From assembly GCA_023231475.1 (NCBI GenBank), contig JALJEE010003089.1:1-64000 (forward strand): a stretch of DNA of 64,000 nucleotides, read 5' to 3'. The DNA comes from Seison nebaliae (Eukaryota). Under the pieces are notes generated by a model, which searched no databases, had not been told where the DNA came from, and saw only the letters and a program-made list of their open reading frames with translations. This document shows positions 23,130 through 38,007 of the stretch, piece by piece; the stretch's first letter is position 1, and each line of letters opens with the position of its first letter. The position numbers and the translations under genes are program-made.

Positions 23130-26100
23130 ATGGAGAAAAAATTGTTTATTTATCAAATTTATGAGAAGTTGCGTCATCAGTTGGATGAAGAATTTGAAGA
23201 GACTGTTATCTCCAAAAAAGAGGAATTGTATGAATTATTGAAAAGTCGATTATTCTATCTCTTCCATCTCTACTTGGAGATTGGAAGTGAATTGAAATTG
23301 AATGAAAATAATCGAAAAATTCCATATTATTATGTTAATTTCAATTCGAAGAAATCATGTGATGCAAACAAAAATGTTATGGATTGGAATGAAATTATCA
23401 TCATAAACAGATATCATGAATATGATGAGGAGAAGATGGTTTGGGAAGGGAATTTACATGGAAATCTTAACGACATTTCCACCATCAGTCAAGTGATTGT
23501 GAAGATTTTATTTGAAAAATTTCGTCAATTTATTAATGAAAAGTTTTCTTTTTCCTTCTCAATTGAATCATTGAATTTCATAAATTCTAATTTTTTCAAA
23601 GTCAATTGGAGAATGGTGATTATGATAAATTGATTGAAATTCTTCGAATTGTGAAACGTCTGTTGGAATTACTCATTTTCTATGTTCGTTTTTCTTTATT
23701 TCAATTAATTTGTAAACAAAACTTTTTTTTTTGTCATTCCCATTAATCATTTGTTAGTCCAATATTCTTCCACATGAAGAGATGTCGCTGGTAATGTATG
23801 AGAGTTGCTTGATGGAATTTAAATGGTTAATAAAGAAATTAATAGAATATTCATCCTTCAAGTTCATTTATTATTCTCTTCTTTTTTTTGTCATTGTTGA
23901 ATATTGAAAGGAATCGATCATCTATCGAAATAGTGAAAGAAATTGGAATTATATCGAATTTGTTAGTGGTGAGTAAAACGTGGAATTTCGAAGAAGTCAA
24001 ATGGAATAATTTCGAGATAAGATTTCTCATTTTCATCGATCATATTTATCGAGAAGGAAACGGTATTAATATCAATCATAATAAGAATTTTTGGAAAAAA
24101 ATAAATTTATTAGATTTTGATCGAATCGTCCAAATGGATACGACAATTGTGGATTGTAGTAAATATGAACTTTATACGAAATATCTTCAACGAATTCATG
24201 AAAGTAAATCATTCGATATTTATAAATCATCGACGATCGATGTGATTGAAGTGATATTGAAGAATTTGGATGAGAATATTGATCGATATAAATTGAAAGG
24301 AAATCGATTAAATATCGTTATGATTATCGATTCATTAATCGAAATTCTTTCCTCAATTGAAGAGAATGCATCTCTCAGATTCTCGTTCGTCAAATGTGGA
24401 TTATTCGAACGATTATTAAGAATTCTAACTGAATCAAATCGATTCGAATCGAATCATTCGAATGAAATCGAATTAATTAATTTAAAAATCAATTGTCAAT
24501 CAGATGATAATCATCCAAATCATATGATCTCACAATATTCTCACATATTTCCCAATATCAATCTCATTTCTTATATTCGCAGTCGTGTTATGACATTGAT
24601 TGTTCAATTAATGGAAAATTTAGAGAATGTGAAAGACATCTTCCTCCTCTCCACTACTTATGATGAATTTATACAAAATTTTTTCTCCATCGATCAATCG
24701 GAACATCAAACCATTTCCATCTTATCATCAATTCATACAATTGAATTTATTATTGAGAAGAATATTTTGATGGATGTCTTGAAAGAAATGAAAGAATTCT
24801 CATTCACTTCATTTCTCCATCATTTATTCGATAACGATTCCATCAATCTTCGATTAGAACATCGACATTATCGATCATTGATCAATACTTACAAATATTT
24901 CATACCAACTCTATTCCAACATCTTCATTTGCAGAAATCAAATAAAGAAATCTTTCATTATCTTCTCCAATCTCTCATTCGATTATCGCCATTCCTTCAC
25001 GATAATTTCGATGAAATAAATCCTATTTCTTTCCATGAGACTAGACTACAAGAAATGAATTCGATTTTTAACGATCAACTCATCTATTGGATGAATCATT
25101 CATTATTGATTAATGATCTCATGGAATTATTCATACTTTTTCAACTATTCAAATATTCTCTACGACGATATTGTCGATTAATCGATATCGATTATTTTTT
25201 CAATATCATTTCATGGAATAATTTATTAACTAATTTAGATCATTCTCATCATCATGTCAATCATCCTCATCAACGATATTCATCATCATCTTCATCGAAT
25301 GAAAATAATGAAAACTTCTCAATTCTCAATCAAAAGTTTCAAGAGATGATCGACACATTTCGTAATTGGAATGGAACTGCAAATGAATTAATCGAAAATA
25401 ATCAGCTACAATTATTCCTCGTCATTGAAATGATATTTGATTTATTGAAATTTTCGAAAAAGTTATCCGATATCGAATTACCATCTCAAACGAATCAACA
25501 AATGGATGCAAGTTCGTTATCGAATGGTTCATTTATCGATATCGATTCCGATTCGAATAATATTCAAAGGAAATTTCTTTTGAAAAAATTCTTTAATTTC
25601 CATTCGGATAATTTCGATTTAGAATTATCTCAACAAAAATTTCCATCATCATCTCTACCAATTTCATGTTTGTTATGGATGTGTCTATCACCGGAGAACG
25701 AACTGGAATCGAATCAACAAATTTATTCAATATATTCCATTGATCAATCGACCACGATCGATGTGATTATATCGATGGAATGTGAATTAATTCTAATTAT
25801 TAAAACGAATAATGACATTTCCAATAAGAATTGTGGGAAGATACCGTTGGACGGATATTGGCATCAATTAGTTGTGGTGCACACACCATCGAAACGACCG
25901 TTTGGATTCTCTTCGAAATTATTTGTTTATTTCGATATGAATCTATTAATGAAATGTTCATTCGTTTATCCGAATTTTTCGAATCAACCAATTTCTGGCG
26001 TTATCGGACGTCCGATAACTGTCGATTCGATTCAAATACGAAATAAGAAACGTCTCTCGTTTAATGCGACGCACAATTTCTCATCATCACGACTAACATC

Positions 26101-26843
26101 TGCTATATCGTCCTCTTCATTATCGTCGTCTTGTTCATCATCTACAACGACAACAACCACCAGTTCGAAATTGGGTAATGGTGACGGTTTGGGAAAGAAT
26201 TCATCATTTCCGTCCTCAATTCGTAATTTCCTTCAGAAGAAAATTCTACCGAGTAATAATGATGAAATAAATAATGAGAATTTATCAGATCGAACACATC
26301 TAAATGGATTTATTGGAAGTTTCCATTTGTTTCTCGATCAAATTTCTTGGGAGGATGTTCGGGCTTTGTACGAAATCGGACCGAACGACACTCCACTCCT
26401 CCTCCAATATCAGTCGTCATTTCTTGCAAATTTCAATTTGAAAGGAATGAACAATCATCATAAAACGAATGAGAGTGACTTGATTCGATATTCCCAATTG
26501 TCACAAGTGAATTTTCCGTTAATTCTCCAGGTTGGAACAAGACGGAATCAATCCATCAGTCTCGAATGTATCGATCGAATGGCGAAATTGACGAACCATC
26601 TTTTCATTTCCATCGATGCTCATTCGTTTGATGGTAAGAAAATTATTAATTATTCCTTATATACCAATTCAACGTATTATGATTGTAATATGAAGATTCA
26701 TGAGGATGAAATGATCGACGAACATCTGGCGAGATATTTGAAGATGATTCTTCTTTCTTTGACTTCTTATTCGATTAAATGTGAAAATTTGATAGAAAAC
26801 TTAAATTCCATTCAAGTTTATCTCTCCCATTTCATTCACTGTT

Positions 26844-26874
<31 letters not shown>

Positions 26875-29800
26875 CGATGATTATGAAGATGATGATGATG
26901 ATTTACCATTTAATATGGTAAATCGATTATTGAAGATTATTTATTTTATTTTATCGATGGATAACGAAAATTTATTAGAAATGATCATCAATTTAAATTT
27001 CATTCAACAACTATCATTCATCTTTTTCAATTTGCAAGACATTCCATTCAATGTGAGAACAATTGAGATTTTGAAGGATTTAATACGTTTAACTTCACCA
27101 TCTGAAACGGTGCGGAGAGGAAAGAAATCGTTAATTTATTTCGATTTAATTGATTATTTCATATTCAATCCATTCATCTTCATTCAACTCTTCCAATATG
27201 AACAATTCCAATTAATGGTAAACGAGAATATTCCATTGAGAATGGAACGATTCAAAGATACGAATTCCTTTCTTTTCGCTTTCCTTTATCCAATAGTTGT
27301 GGCTGATATGAGATATGAAATGGAATTCCAAAAACAATTAATTATCATTCCACAAATCTCGAAAATTATTCAAACACATATGAGCCATTTATATCATTTT
27401 AATATTCTTCTACAAATCATCACGTCGACTCGATCCATTTTCACTTCTCAATTATTCACCTCCATCATTCTACTCCAACTCAATTCATATCAATTGGAGT
27501 CGAAAGATCTTCTCCTTCAATTTATCGATGAAGATCGAATCGTAGCAATTTATGATTTGATGCGATTATCCATGAGAACGTTCAACGATGAAATTTTATT
27601 GATATTATTGAAAATATTAACTATCTTAATTTCAAACGTGAATGATGACGATCGATTGATCAATATCATCTATTTGAGAACGGATAGTGTTGTAGTGGAG
27701 ACATCGAAATTACCAAATGAAATATGTTTCCATAAAATCAATCGAAATCTTTTCCACATCATTTTACAATATTTCTATGAATCACATCGAATTCAAATAG
27801 TCAACGGGAAAATTGTTCATTTTCTGAGTGATGATCTTATGAAATTATTCATTAATTTCCTCCTAATGGATAAGGAGATGTATCTACTTGATAATATTTA
27901 TTTCCTCTTTGAATTGAACATAAATTCTACTCCAACAATTCGCTCTTATATCTTGGAACAATTGGGAATGATTGTGGATTCGATGGAGAACTTCCCAATA
28001 ATCGATAACGATTTCATTCTCTTATTCTCTCATCTTATCAACAATAGTTCGATGAAGATTGATAAGAAATATTTCTTCTTAATATTCAATCAACTCGACT
28101 CATTTCAATGGAGTTATCTCATTCATTTGTTATCGGAACAATCGATAATCGATAATCAATCAATTCTTTTAATGAATTTAATGGAATTGTCTTTTAAAGA
28201 ATTAATGAAAGGAAATGACGTTTCTCCACCTCAAATCATTTCTCAATATATTATATTACTCATCGATTTGTATGAGAAGAGTTCGATAAAATTTAATGAA
28301 TTTCAATCATTTCTCCAATTATTGATCAATCGATCGATGTTCGAAAAGGAGAATGATATTTTCCATTTAATTCATTTAATTCAACGCATTTTCCACAACG
28401 AGAACATTCCACTCAATCACAACGAATCTCTCACTTATCAAATGGATAATATTCAAATCGATTTGAAGAATATCAATATCGATTATCAGAAATTATTGAC
28501 ATTTTTCTTATATGATCAATCGATCAATTTAGAAGAGAATATACATGAATCATATATGAAATGTATGAAGAATTTATCGAATGAATTAAATGAATTATTT
28601 CAGAAATCATCACCCAAATCTTTCCATCGGAAGAAAATGTTCACTGAGAAGATTGTTTTGAATATGAATTCCATGAAAACTGATTTCCATCATAACTTAA
28701 CCAACTTTACGGAATATTTGTTGTTGTGTCGACAGAAATCTTTCTCACTTTATCTCCATCTCATTCATGAACAATATCATTCATTAGAATTGGATAAGAG
28801 GAAATTGTTGGAATTGAAAAATAAAGAATTTATTGAGAAACCAAATATCGATAAATCACTTGATCGTCATCAATTATTTTCGAATAATATTCATAATTTG
28901 AAACATTTATTTAGAATTTGTGTATCGTTTCTTTTCAATGACGATCATTATAAATTGGATCTCGTCAATCAGACTGATTATTCATTGAGAGTGAATCTCA
29001 TTCCAAATTATCGATATCATAATTATGAGAGGGCTGCTGGTGAGAGAGACAATTATGGAAATTGTTCAACTGATTTGGTGGAGGAAGAGAATCAGATGAA
29101 GAATTCTCGATTAGAATCCATTATAGAACTGTTGCAACAAACTTCGAAAAATAAATCGAATCTTCTTCAATCAACAAAATCTGAAACGAAATCCATCAGC
29201 GATATGTTTGATGATTTGTCAATAATTCTCAATAATCAATTGACGTCGTCAACATCACCAGTTGGTGATCATATTCGAAGAAATCATAAACTCCAAATGT
29301 TCCATCCAGCCTATTATCGGACGAATACTTTACGATCGATATCGATCCATCCGAATTATCAAGAAGATTCTTCCGATCAAATTAAGAAGAAATTTCATGA
29401 ACATCGTCGCAATTTCTCCCATCATCAATCTGATCAACATGGATATACTTTACATGATCATCATCCATCGAGAAAAAATGAAATAATCAGAAATTATTCA
29501 CAAATGATGGAAACACAACGAAATAATAACGAGATAATGGACGAAGCATTTATTCATCTTTTCAATCGATATATTGATATGCAACAATCACAATTCTTTT
29601 CCATTTATCGTACGAATAATCGGAATCATTTCTTCGATGTTCTTCCCAATACATCAACCACATTATTATCATCATCATCATCATCATCATCATTATCGTC
29701 ATCATCCGATTTACATCGAAAATCGATTGATGATAATCCGTTGACTACTCATGACGTTGTTGGTCGTGAGAATGATGATGATGATGAATTTGAATTGAAA

Positions 29801-32653
29801 CAATTAAATTCGGAAGATATTCGATTTTATGAATTTGATGTAAATTGGATTCGAACAAATGTGGAATGTTCAGGAATATTATTAGTAACAGATTATCATC
29901 TTCATTTCTATGCCAATTCCTCCTCCTTCACTCAACATTTCCTCAACAATTATTGGGATATCGATAAAAACGAGAAAGATGTGATGATCCTAACAAATCA
30001 TTTAGAAAAGAAGAAGAAAAAAGAATCGTCGATAGATTTTATCGATTTCTTTCGTCAAATTCCTTATTGTTTCTTAAATGAACAAGAAGATGAATTACAT
30101 TTTATTCTTTCATTAACTCAAATTAGATCAGTTTTCCCTCGTCGATATACGTTAGAGAAGAAGGCGATCGAAATATTCCTCATCGATAATCGATCATTCT
30201 TCCTCAATGTGGGTGAACAAACGAAATGGTTAAATCATTTGAATCTCTCAAAGAATGTTGGAACGAATCCATTTAAAGGAATCACTACCGATTGGTGTAA
30301 TGGACATTTGACAAATTTTGAATATTTAATGTTGGTCAATATGCGAAGTGGAAGAAGTAATAATGATTTATCTCAATATTACATATTTCCTTGGGTGATT
30401 TCGTCATTCAAATCTTCGAATTCTGATGATACTCGAATCACTTACAGGAATTTAGGATATCCCATCGGAGCATTAGATGAAGAGACGAGAGAGAATTTAA
30501 GAAAGAAATATGACATGTTTCATGATCCATCAGGCACTATTCAAAAATTCCATCATGGCTCTCATTATTCCAATCCGGCATGTGTCATCCATTATCTGAT
30601 GAGAATGGAACCGTTTACTGGTTTGCACGTTGCTTTACAGAATGGACGATTTGATGTGGCTGATCGTCAATTCTATTCGATCGAACAAAGTATTGACGGA
30701 ATTTTAACTCATCCAACTGATGCAAAGGAATTAATTCCAGAATTTTATTATTTTCCTGAATTCCTTCGCAATCTCAATAATCTCAAATTGGGCATGTTAC
30801 AAAATCGATCGATGGAATTGAATGACGTCATTCTACCGTCATGGTGTAATTCATCCACTGAATTATTCGTTCAACAACATCGTCAATGGTTAGATAGTGA
30901 TATTGTGAGGAAACATCTACCGAAATGGATGGATTTAATTTTCGGTTATAAACAATCTGGTCAATTGGCCATTGACGCTCTCAACGTATATATGTATTAT
31001 TCGTATGAGAATAATATCGATCTCGATTCTATCGATTCTCTAATCACCAGAAACTCGTTAAAATTGATGATTAATCAATTTGGACAGATTCCTGAGAAAA
31101 TCTTCACTAAACGACATCCTTCCTCATTTGAAAATATTTCTCATACCATCATCACGACGGAAAAGAGGAAAATGTATGAAATCATCTTATCGTCACATCC
31201 AATCATCTGGTTTTTGTTAGTGGAAACAGGACTGTCATATAACAGGAAATTCTCTTCGAATAATTCTTCATTAAATCTCGTTCCGATTACACCGATGGCT
31301 AATACCGTCACACCCACCAAACTAATGACGACATTCACATTCCATTCGACTTCTCCCTCTAATAAACTATTAACGATAAATGACTCATTCTTATTCGGTT
31401 GTCATGATTGGCATTTATATAAAGGTGGAATCTCATCCAAATTTGAATTTAATCCAATGCCATCAACACGAATGCACCAACTACCAATCAACAACAACAA
31501 CAACAAAAATTCAATGGAGAAAATTTTTGAATATTCTCACAAATTTCAATTGTTGTACGTGGGAGGATATTGGGATAGTTCGATTCGAATATTTCATCTC
31601 AATGAACAGAAACAATTAAAATTTCAATCATCTGTTCGTCGATTACATAATCATTCGATTAACGTGATCAAATTGAGTGAATGTGAACAATATTTGTTGA
31701 CTGGTGATCGATCGGGAACAATTGTTTTTTGGAAACAAACTCAACATTCTAATGATTTATTTTTAACGATGAATGAAGACGAATTCATCTCACAACAATT
31801 TTTCTCAACTTCTCTCAAATTTCCTTCGTCATCATCAACCTCTTCAATCACTTCCAATTCGACCACTAATACCATCACCAATACCATCAGACATAAAACT
31901 TTATCATTAATTAATTCAACAGACAACATCCTTCAAACATATTCATCTATCGGTAATTATGGTGTTTTGGCAACGATGCCAATTCCCATTTATGTCATTC
32001 ATCGACATAAATCTCAAATCACTTCATTACTTCTCATTTCTTCTATTAAACTCATCATATCAGGTGACATCAATGGAAATGTTTATATTCATCGATTGAA
32101 TGATGGTTCACTCATCTCTCATATCCGAATGAAAAGTGATGCAATTATTAAGAATCGAATGGAATTAGAAGAAATTGATGATTTTAATTCTCCCGTTCAA
32201 TTCATTAAATATTCCGGTGAACGACATCTCGTTTTCTATACGAGAAATTGTTTCAAGAAAAATAACTTAAAACTTCATCTTCTCATTGTGCGAACGATTA
32301 ATGGAGAAATTATCAGTAGTCGTTTAACTAAATATCTTCTCAACGACATCGTCCTTTCTACAACTAATCATCTAATATCTTTAACGAATTGTGGAAAAAT
32401 CATATTCCACGATTTGATAACGTTAATTTACTTTACTCCCATTCTCTCAATCATCTCCATTTGTTTTTCTCTTATATTTTCTCTTGTTAGATTAAACACA
32501 ATGAAAAAGTGGAACATTTTCAATCGATCTCCCAATACTCGAATTATGGAGAAATTACAATTATCGAAGAACGAGAAATATTTGTTAGTCATTTTGAACG
32601 ATGGGAAAGGAATCATCATCACAACCGATGAGGAGAGTAACGAACAAAAATAA
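23130..32653 (+). CDS. Neurobeachin-like (NBEAL-type) BEACH/WD40 protein; introns 23543-23601, 23684-23757, 23862-23910, 32422-32490; true start may lie further upstream
   Basis: ConA-like WHQLVVVHTPSKRPFG, PH-like RRYTLEKKAIEIF, BEACH motifs (TNFEYLM..N..SGRS.NDLSQY.IFPW, HGSHYS, KELIPEF, FGQIP) and WD40 repeats. Three introns join ORF 23130 in frame to the long ORF. Confidence 0.9.
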
Positions 32654-32828
32654 TCACAACGAAAATTTCCAAATGAAAATTTACCATAAACATTTTTCAC
32701 AGTCAACTTATTGAAAGAAATAAAATTCGATTTTGAAACAGTTATTGAAAAAAAATTTATTTAAAAAAGAAAATTCAAATAGAAAATTTATAGGATAAAA
32801 AAAATTTCGATTAGAAAATTTATTTATA

Positions 32829-33473
32829 TTAATAGATCGTATGAGAATAATAATAATTTGTAGAAATAAAATAATTCCAAATTTTATCATTCGATTTTAT
32901 TAGTGGAAATAATTCTGTTAAATTAACTTCATTTCCATTTCGATGACGATTATAAATATAAGCATAATTTAAAAATAGTTTTAATCGTTCAGAATATCTA
33001 GGATCATCCCAAATATAAGTGAAATGTGTCCAGTAACTTTCTTCACTTAAACAATCTTTCCATTCGTCCATTTGTTGACGACAATCATTCGAACAGAAAG
33101 AAATTTTATATTCCATTTCATTGATCAATTCGTCATGTTTTGAACGATTATTGATTTCATTTAATCGAACAATAAATTTCATTCCACCATATTTCTTCTT
33201 TTTTATTCTCCTCCAGCACAACACATTCCCACACAATTCCGATAAATAACGTTCCTCCACTATCTGCAAAAGATGTCGCTTCTCTAATCCTTCCGAATAT
33301 CGTTCTATATCTGATTTCGTTATATTCTCCTCAAATATGAAATGTCTTATGATCCACAGGAGACATTTGTCCACCAACTTCCTCAAAACAACTTTGTCCT
33401 CCCCATTCAAACGACGTTTCGGATTATTCAATTGAATTTTATTTTCGAAATTTCTCGAAAGACAATCGGACAT
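32829..33473 (-). CDS. RPAP2/Rtr1-like RNA polymerase II-associated protein (short form)
   Basis: IVEER....CGNVLC...FCSNDC matches the Rtr1/RPAP2 zinc-finger signature. First ATG at 33473. Confidence 0.75.
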   Translation of the reverse strand: MSDCLSRNFENKIQLNNPKRRLNGEDKVVLRKLVDKCLLWIIRHFIFEENITKSDIERYSEGLEKRHLLQIVEERYLSELCGNVLCWRRIKKKKYGGMKFIVRLNEINNRSKHDELINEMEYKISFCSNDCRQQMDEWKDCLSEESYWTHFTYIWDDPRYSERLKLFLNYAYIYNRHRNGNEVNLTELFPLIKSNDKIWNYFISTNYYYSHTIY

Positions 33474-34421
33474 GTTTTCTGTTCGAAAACAATATTTCCC
33501 CCAAACTACTTTCCGAATGTGCAAAAATTTCACAATTTCACAAAAACACAAAAATTGAATTGTTTATGAAAAACATTGAAATTCTTGATTCTATTTCAAT
33601 AAATTGATGAAATGAAAAGACAATTCACAATTTGAGATTGGAAAGAAAAGAAATTAAATTGTATTAAATTAAGCTAAAAATTTTAAGATGGAAATATTTC
33701 AAATGAAAATAAAAATTAAAAAAATATAAGAAAATTTGAAAATGTTCCGTTAACCGTCAGTCATCCAAAAACGTCATTTTCCGACTTTATTATCTCGTCA
33801 TCAATCGTAACAATGCAGAATATTAATGACATCTCTGAAAAGAATTTTATAAATCAAATTGGAAATTTGATTGTTGCGAGAAGTAAATATACTATTTCAA
33901 TTTATTTAATTGTCTCAAATAGAACAATTATGCAGAGAATAAATCTGTGTAATTATTTCAGAATTGTGTAAGCTACATTAAATTTTTTTTCTGGAAATAA
34001 AATTTTAAAAAAATGATTCAAATTTTTTTCATTGAAACAACTATTTGATTTGTTTCCCACGTCTTTCCAATTTCTTTTCTTAGATTCCTCACTTCTCCCT
34101 AGACGATATTTGGGACGGTGTTTCCAATAACATTATTTAGGGAAGGAGATCTCAGAAGTTTCTCTTCTGCGAACCTTCAATTTGGTGATTCAATTTAACA
34201 CAAATCAAACAGTTCCTTCGTTATTCGATTGAAGAAAAAGTAATTAAATTTTTTTTAGATAAGAATCCACTCATCACCAAAACGAATAGTGTGAGTGAAT
34301 TCATAAATTTCGATTGAATTGAAAACATAGAAGAGTAATCGAATAAATTGGTGAGGAAAATTCCTCTCACAATTCTTGTTCGACGTGAAGAAGAACGTGG
34401 AAAATATCAAAGATAATTTTA

Positions 34422-35646
34422 TTGCAATTCCTTCTCGACAAAAATTTCTCTACTGCTTCTCTATTACTCATGTATAATTCGAGTCCAACTTTAGGACTGG
34501 TGACATTAGAAGAGTCAGAACCATCAGGTATTACTCAATATCAGAATTTAAGAGAATATAGAAGTCGTGAAAAGAAGATGGTATGTCATGTGGTGAAGAT
34601 GTTGGAGAATGCATTTGACTTATTCATTCGGAATCAATGTAACGAAACGGTGGTAAATGATACCATCAAAACATTATTGAGAGTTTCGGCGAAGAGTCTG
34701 GCGAGAAGTAATCGATTATTGGAAGAGATTCCCAGTATTTTTGGACGACCGTTTAGTTTGTTAGCTGAAATAGTTAATGGTCGTCGGAAAGTGTCAACGG
34801 TTTTCGTTACAGTTCTCTTACAATTATGTTCAGCAATTATCAAAAGAAATAGTTGTTTCGCTTATGCACATCTCCAGAAACATTCGATAGAAATGATGTT
34901 TTTCATGAAAATGCTTTTTCGACCTCAGAAACGACAAAATTGTTTATTACCAAATACTTATCGGAATGATTTGGCTAATCATGCGTTGAAGATTGTTGTC
35001 GATTTTGCTGACATGCCACAGAGTAGTATAGCGATAGCGGAAGCTTTATCTAAAACAACATCGTTCGTTATTGATGATGAGAATTTGATTGAACATATTG
35101 ATATAATCCATTTACTTTCCGATCAATTATTATTACATCGAAGTTAATTATTTCATATTTCTCCAAATTTTATTCCATTCTCTCATATTAGTTAATTGTG
35201 GAATTCTCATCAAACTACTTGTACATGTTGCCCATTTGTTATGGACAAGATTGATAAGAGAGATCGAACAAGATGAATATGCATTCTTGTCACAGAGTCT
35301 CGTTCGTCTCTTCAATCGACTCTCCATTTTTATGAGATATATTTGTGACAGTGCCAAATGTAGTTCCATCGCTCAAGTCGAATTATACGACATGGAAACG
35401 CCGCAAAAATTCCACAAACAATTCCTCCAAATGGAAGCCACATTATTGCGAGTAAATGACAAATCGAAAGAATTCACCTCGTTATGTCGTCGATTACAAT
35501 ATTTGGTGGAGGAGTTATTGGAACAGAATCGACCGATCGCTGAAAAATTTGAGCGATATCTCTCCTATCTGGAAGAGATGAACGAACGTCAAATACTCGA
35601 TGCTACATTCATCAACTTTTTACCATCAACTCGATTGTCTTATTAA
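34422..35646 (+). CDS. Hypothetical helical protein, 3' exons (intron 35143-35191); 5' exons probably from about 33813, unresolved
   Basis: Two long ORFs join in frame through a 49-nt GT-AG intron. No recognisable motif. Confidence 0.6.
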
Positions 35647-36443
35647 GTTATGAGAAAGAATAAAATAAAGAGAATTCTGAAAAATGAATTAACCTTTTTT
35701 TCTTTTTAGGTAATTATTTTATATCAACTCTTTGGGAAAGTTTTTCTTTTTTATTTTACAGTTTAAGAATTTGTGTTTTTTTTTTACTTCGGATTTTGTT
35801 CGTTAAATAATTTTACATGTTATTCTCTCTCCTTCTCCTTTACAAAGAACAGAATTTAACTCTCTTTTCTTTATCTTACAATAAACTTTGTTACATAAAC
35901 GTCTCCAAATCTCTATCTCCAACAATTACTCCATTATATTTTATTCTTTTACAGATTATTCAAATTGTTTTTTTTATTGTACGAGAATTAAACTTACAAA
36001 GTTAGTTAGGGGAAATTTTTGATGAAATTCTTCTAAAAATTAATGAATTATAATTTTTTTTTATTGTAAAATCAAAAGTTTTTATTTAAGCAAATTTTTC
36101 ATTTACATACGAATAGTTAGGTGATTCCTATGTGATTTTTTTTTGTTATAGAATGAATTATCAATAAACACCACATTATATGGGAAAGTAATTTTCGTAA
36201 TAGTTTTGAAATATTTCACATGTTTTTCATTTGAATTTCAGTTTTCAAAAAAAAAATTGAATTAGTTCGATGAAATCGAACAAAGCTTAAAATTAGAAAA
36301 TTGTTATAATTTAAATTTTATTAAAAAATCATTTACAAAGTAAAGATTATCAATCCTGCCATACCATGAGAAACGAGGTGATTTACAAAAGTTATATCAT
36401 TTTTGATAAGTTGGAAAAGAAGAATATTGGTGAGTGAAGAAAT

Positions 36444-37970
36444 ATGAAAGGTTCATTGATTCGTCATTTTGATGGGAAGAAATGTCCATCACATAGAAAT
36501 GGACGAAATGTAAAGAAGAAAATTGTACAAGAACATATCGATTGTCAAGGTGTGATAATAACAGAAGATTTTGAATCGATTCATCAATTTGAATTGGATG
36601 AAGATGAATGTCTTTGTATGGGAAAATGGTCAAGAGATGGTGAGGCGAGATTGATAGATTTCGCGATGCATTTCCTTCTCTTGAATAAAGTAGGCGAAAT
36701 TATTGTAGTGATAAGTGAGGAGAAATATTATGATTATATCATGAATTATATTAAAAGTAATTATTTGGAAAGAATGAAAACTAATTTAATATTTCATTCA
36801 AATTTCTATTGCAAATCGATTGGCGACGTATTTCGCAGTCTCCAACAATCATATCTACTCCGATCCAATTTCGTTGTGCTCCAATCCAATCTTGTCTTCT
36901 CTTCTCGTAATTCGTTGAATTTCTGGAGTTTATTCAACGAACATAATTCTCGAAAGAACGAAATGACCATTGTCTATTCGGTGAATGGAGAAAGAGGAGG
37001 AAAAATGGAAAATTTCGATGAAAGAAAACCGTCGTTGACGATTTTGGAGAATAACGGGAAATTAGTGACATTATTTGATCGGAAAAAGAAGAAATTACGT
37101 CAAGAATCAAATAATTCTTTATTGAGCATAAATCCATTAGATCGAATGATAAAGAAGACAGTGGCATATTGTTATCGGAAGAATTGTCTGGAACCATTAG
37201 GAATTTATTGTTGTAACATCGCTCTGTTATCGCGTTGTCGAGATAATTTAGAAATTCAGACAATTCAAGATATTTGTCAAAATTGCATAAATCAAAATAC
37301 TGAGGATAGTATTGGTCTGGAAATTATGGATGATGGAATTGGTGATGGAAATCGAATATTTTTAGTAAATTCTATTCGTGATTTCGAAGAAGTTTATTGT
37401 GGAAATGATGAACATCTGATATTGTTGAGAACGTGTGAACGAATGAAGAAGAAACGTCTCATAATATCTGATCATTTCGATCGAGAGAAGAAGAAAGTTT
37501 GGCAGATGAAAATGATGGAAAATTTACGATACCGATATATTCATTTTCAGGAAGAGAATGACGGATTTATTCAACGATCTATTCTCTCAAATCATATGTC
37601 AATGGGACATAATTGTTTCATAAGAAATTGTTTCATTGGAAGTACTGTGAATATTGGTGAGAATTGTATCGTAAGAAATTGTCGAATTGGAAATCGTGTG
37701 ACAATTTCTGATAATTCTCGTTATGTTCTCAACGACGACGATTATTATCGATATGATTTAATGTTAATGATTAATAGGACGAATACTGATATTAATATTG
37801 ATAAATCGCAATTGACTTTTTCCCTCATTAACGTGAAGACTAACGAACGAATTCCATTGACGAAATTGAATTTAAATAAATTTTCGTCGAAAACTTTTTT
37901 GAATTCTCTCAAAGTTTCTGGTGACGAAGAAATTGACAATAAAATTATTGAAAGTGAAAGTGAGGAAGAA

Positions 37971-38007
<37 letters not shown>

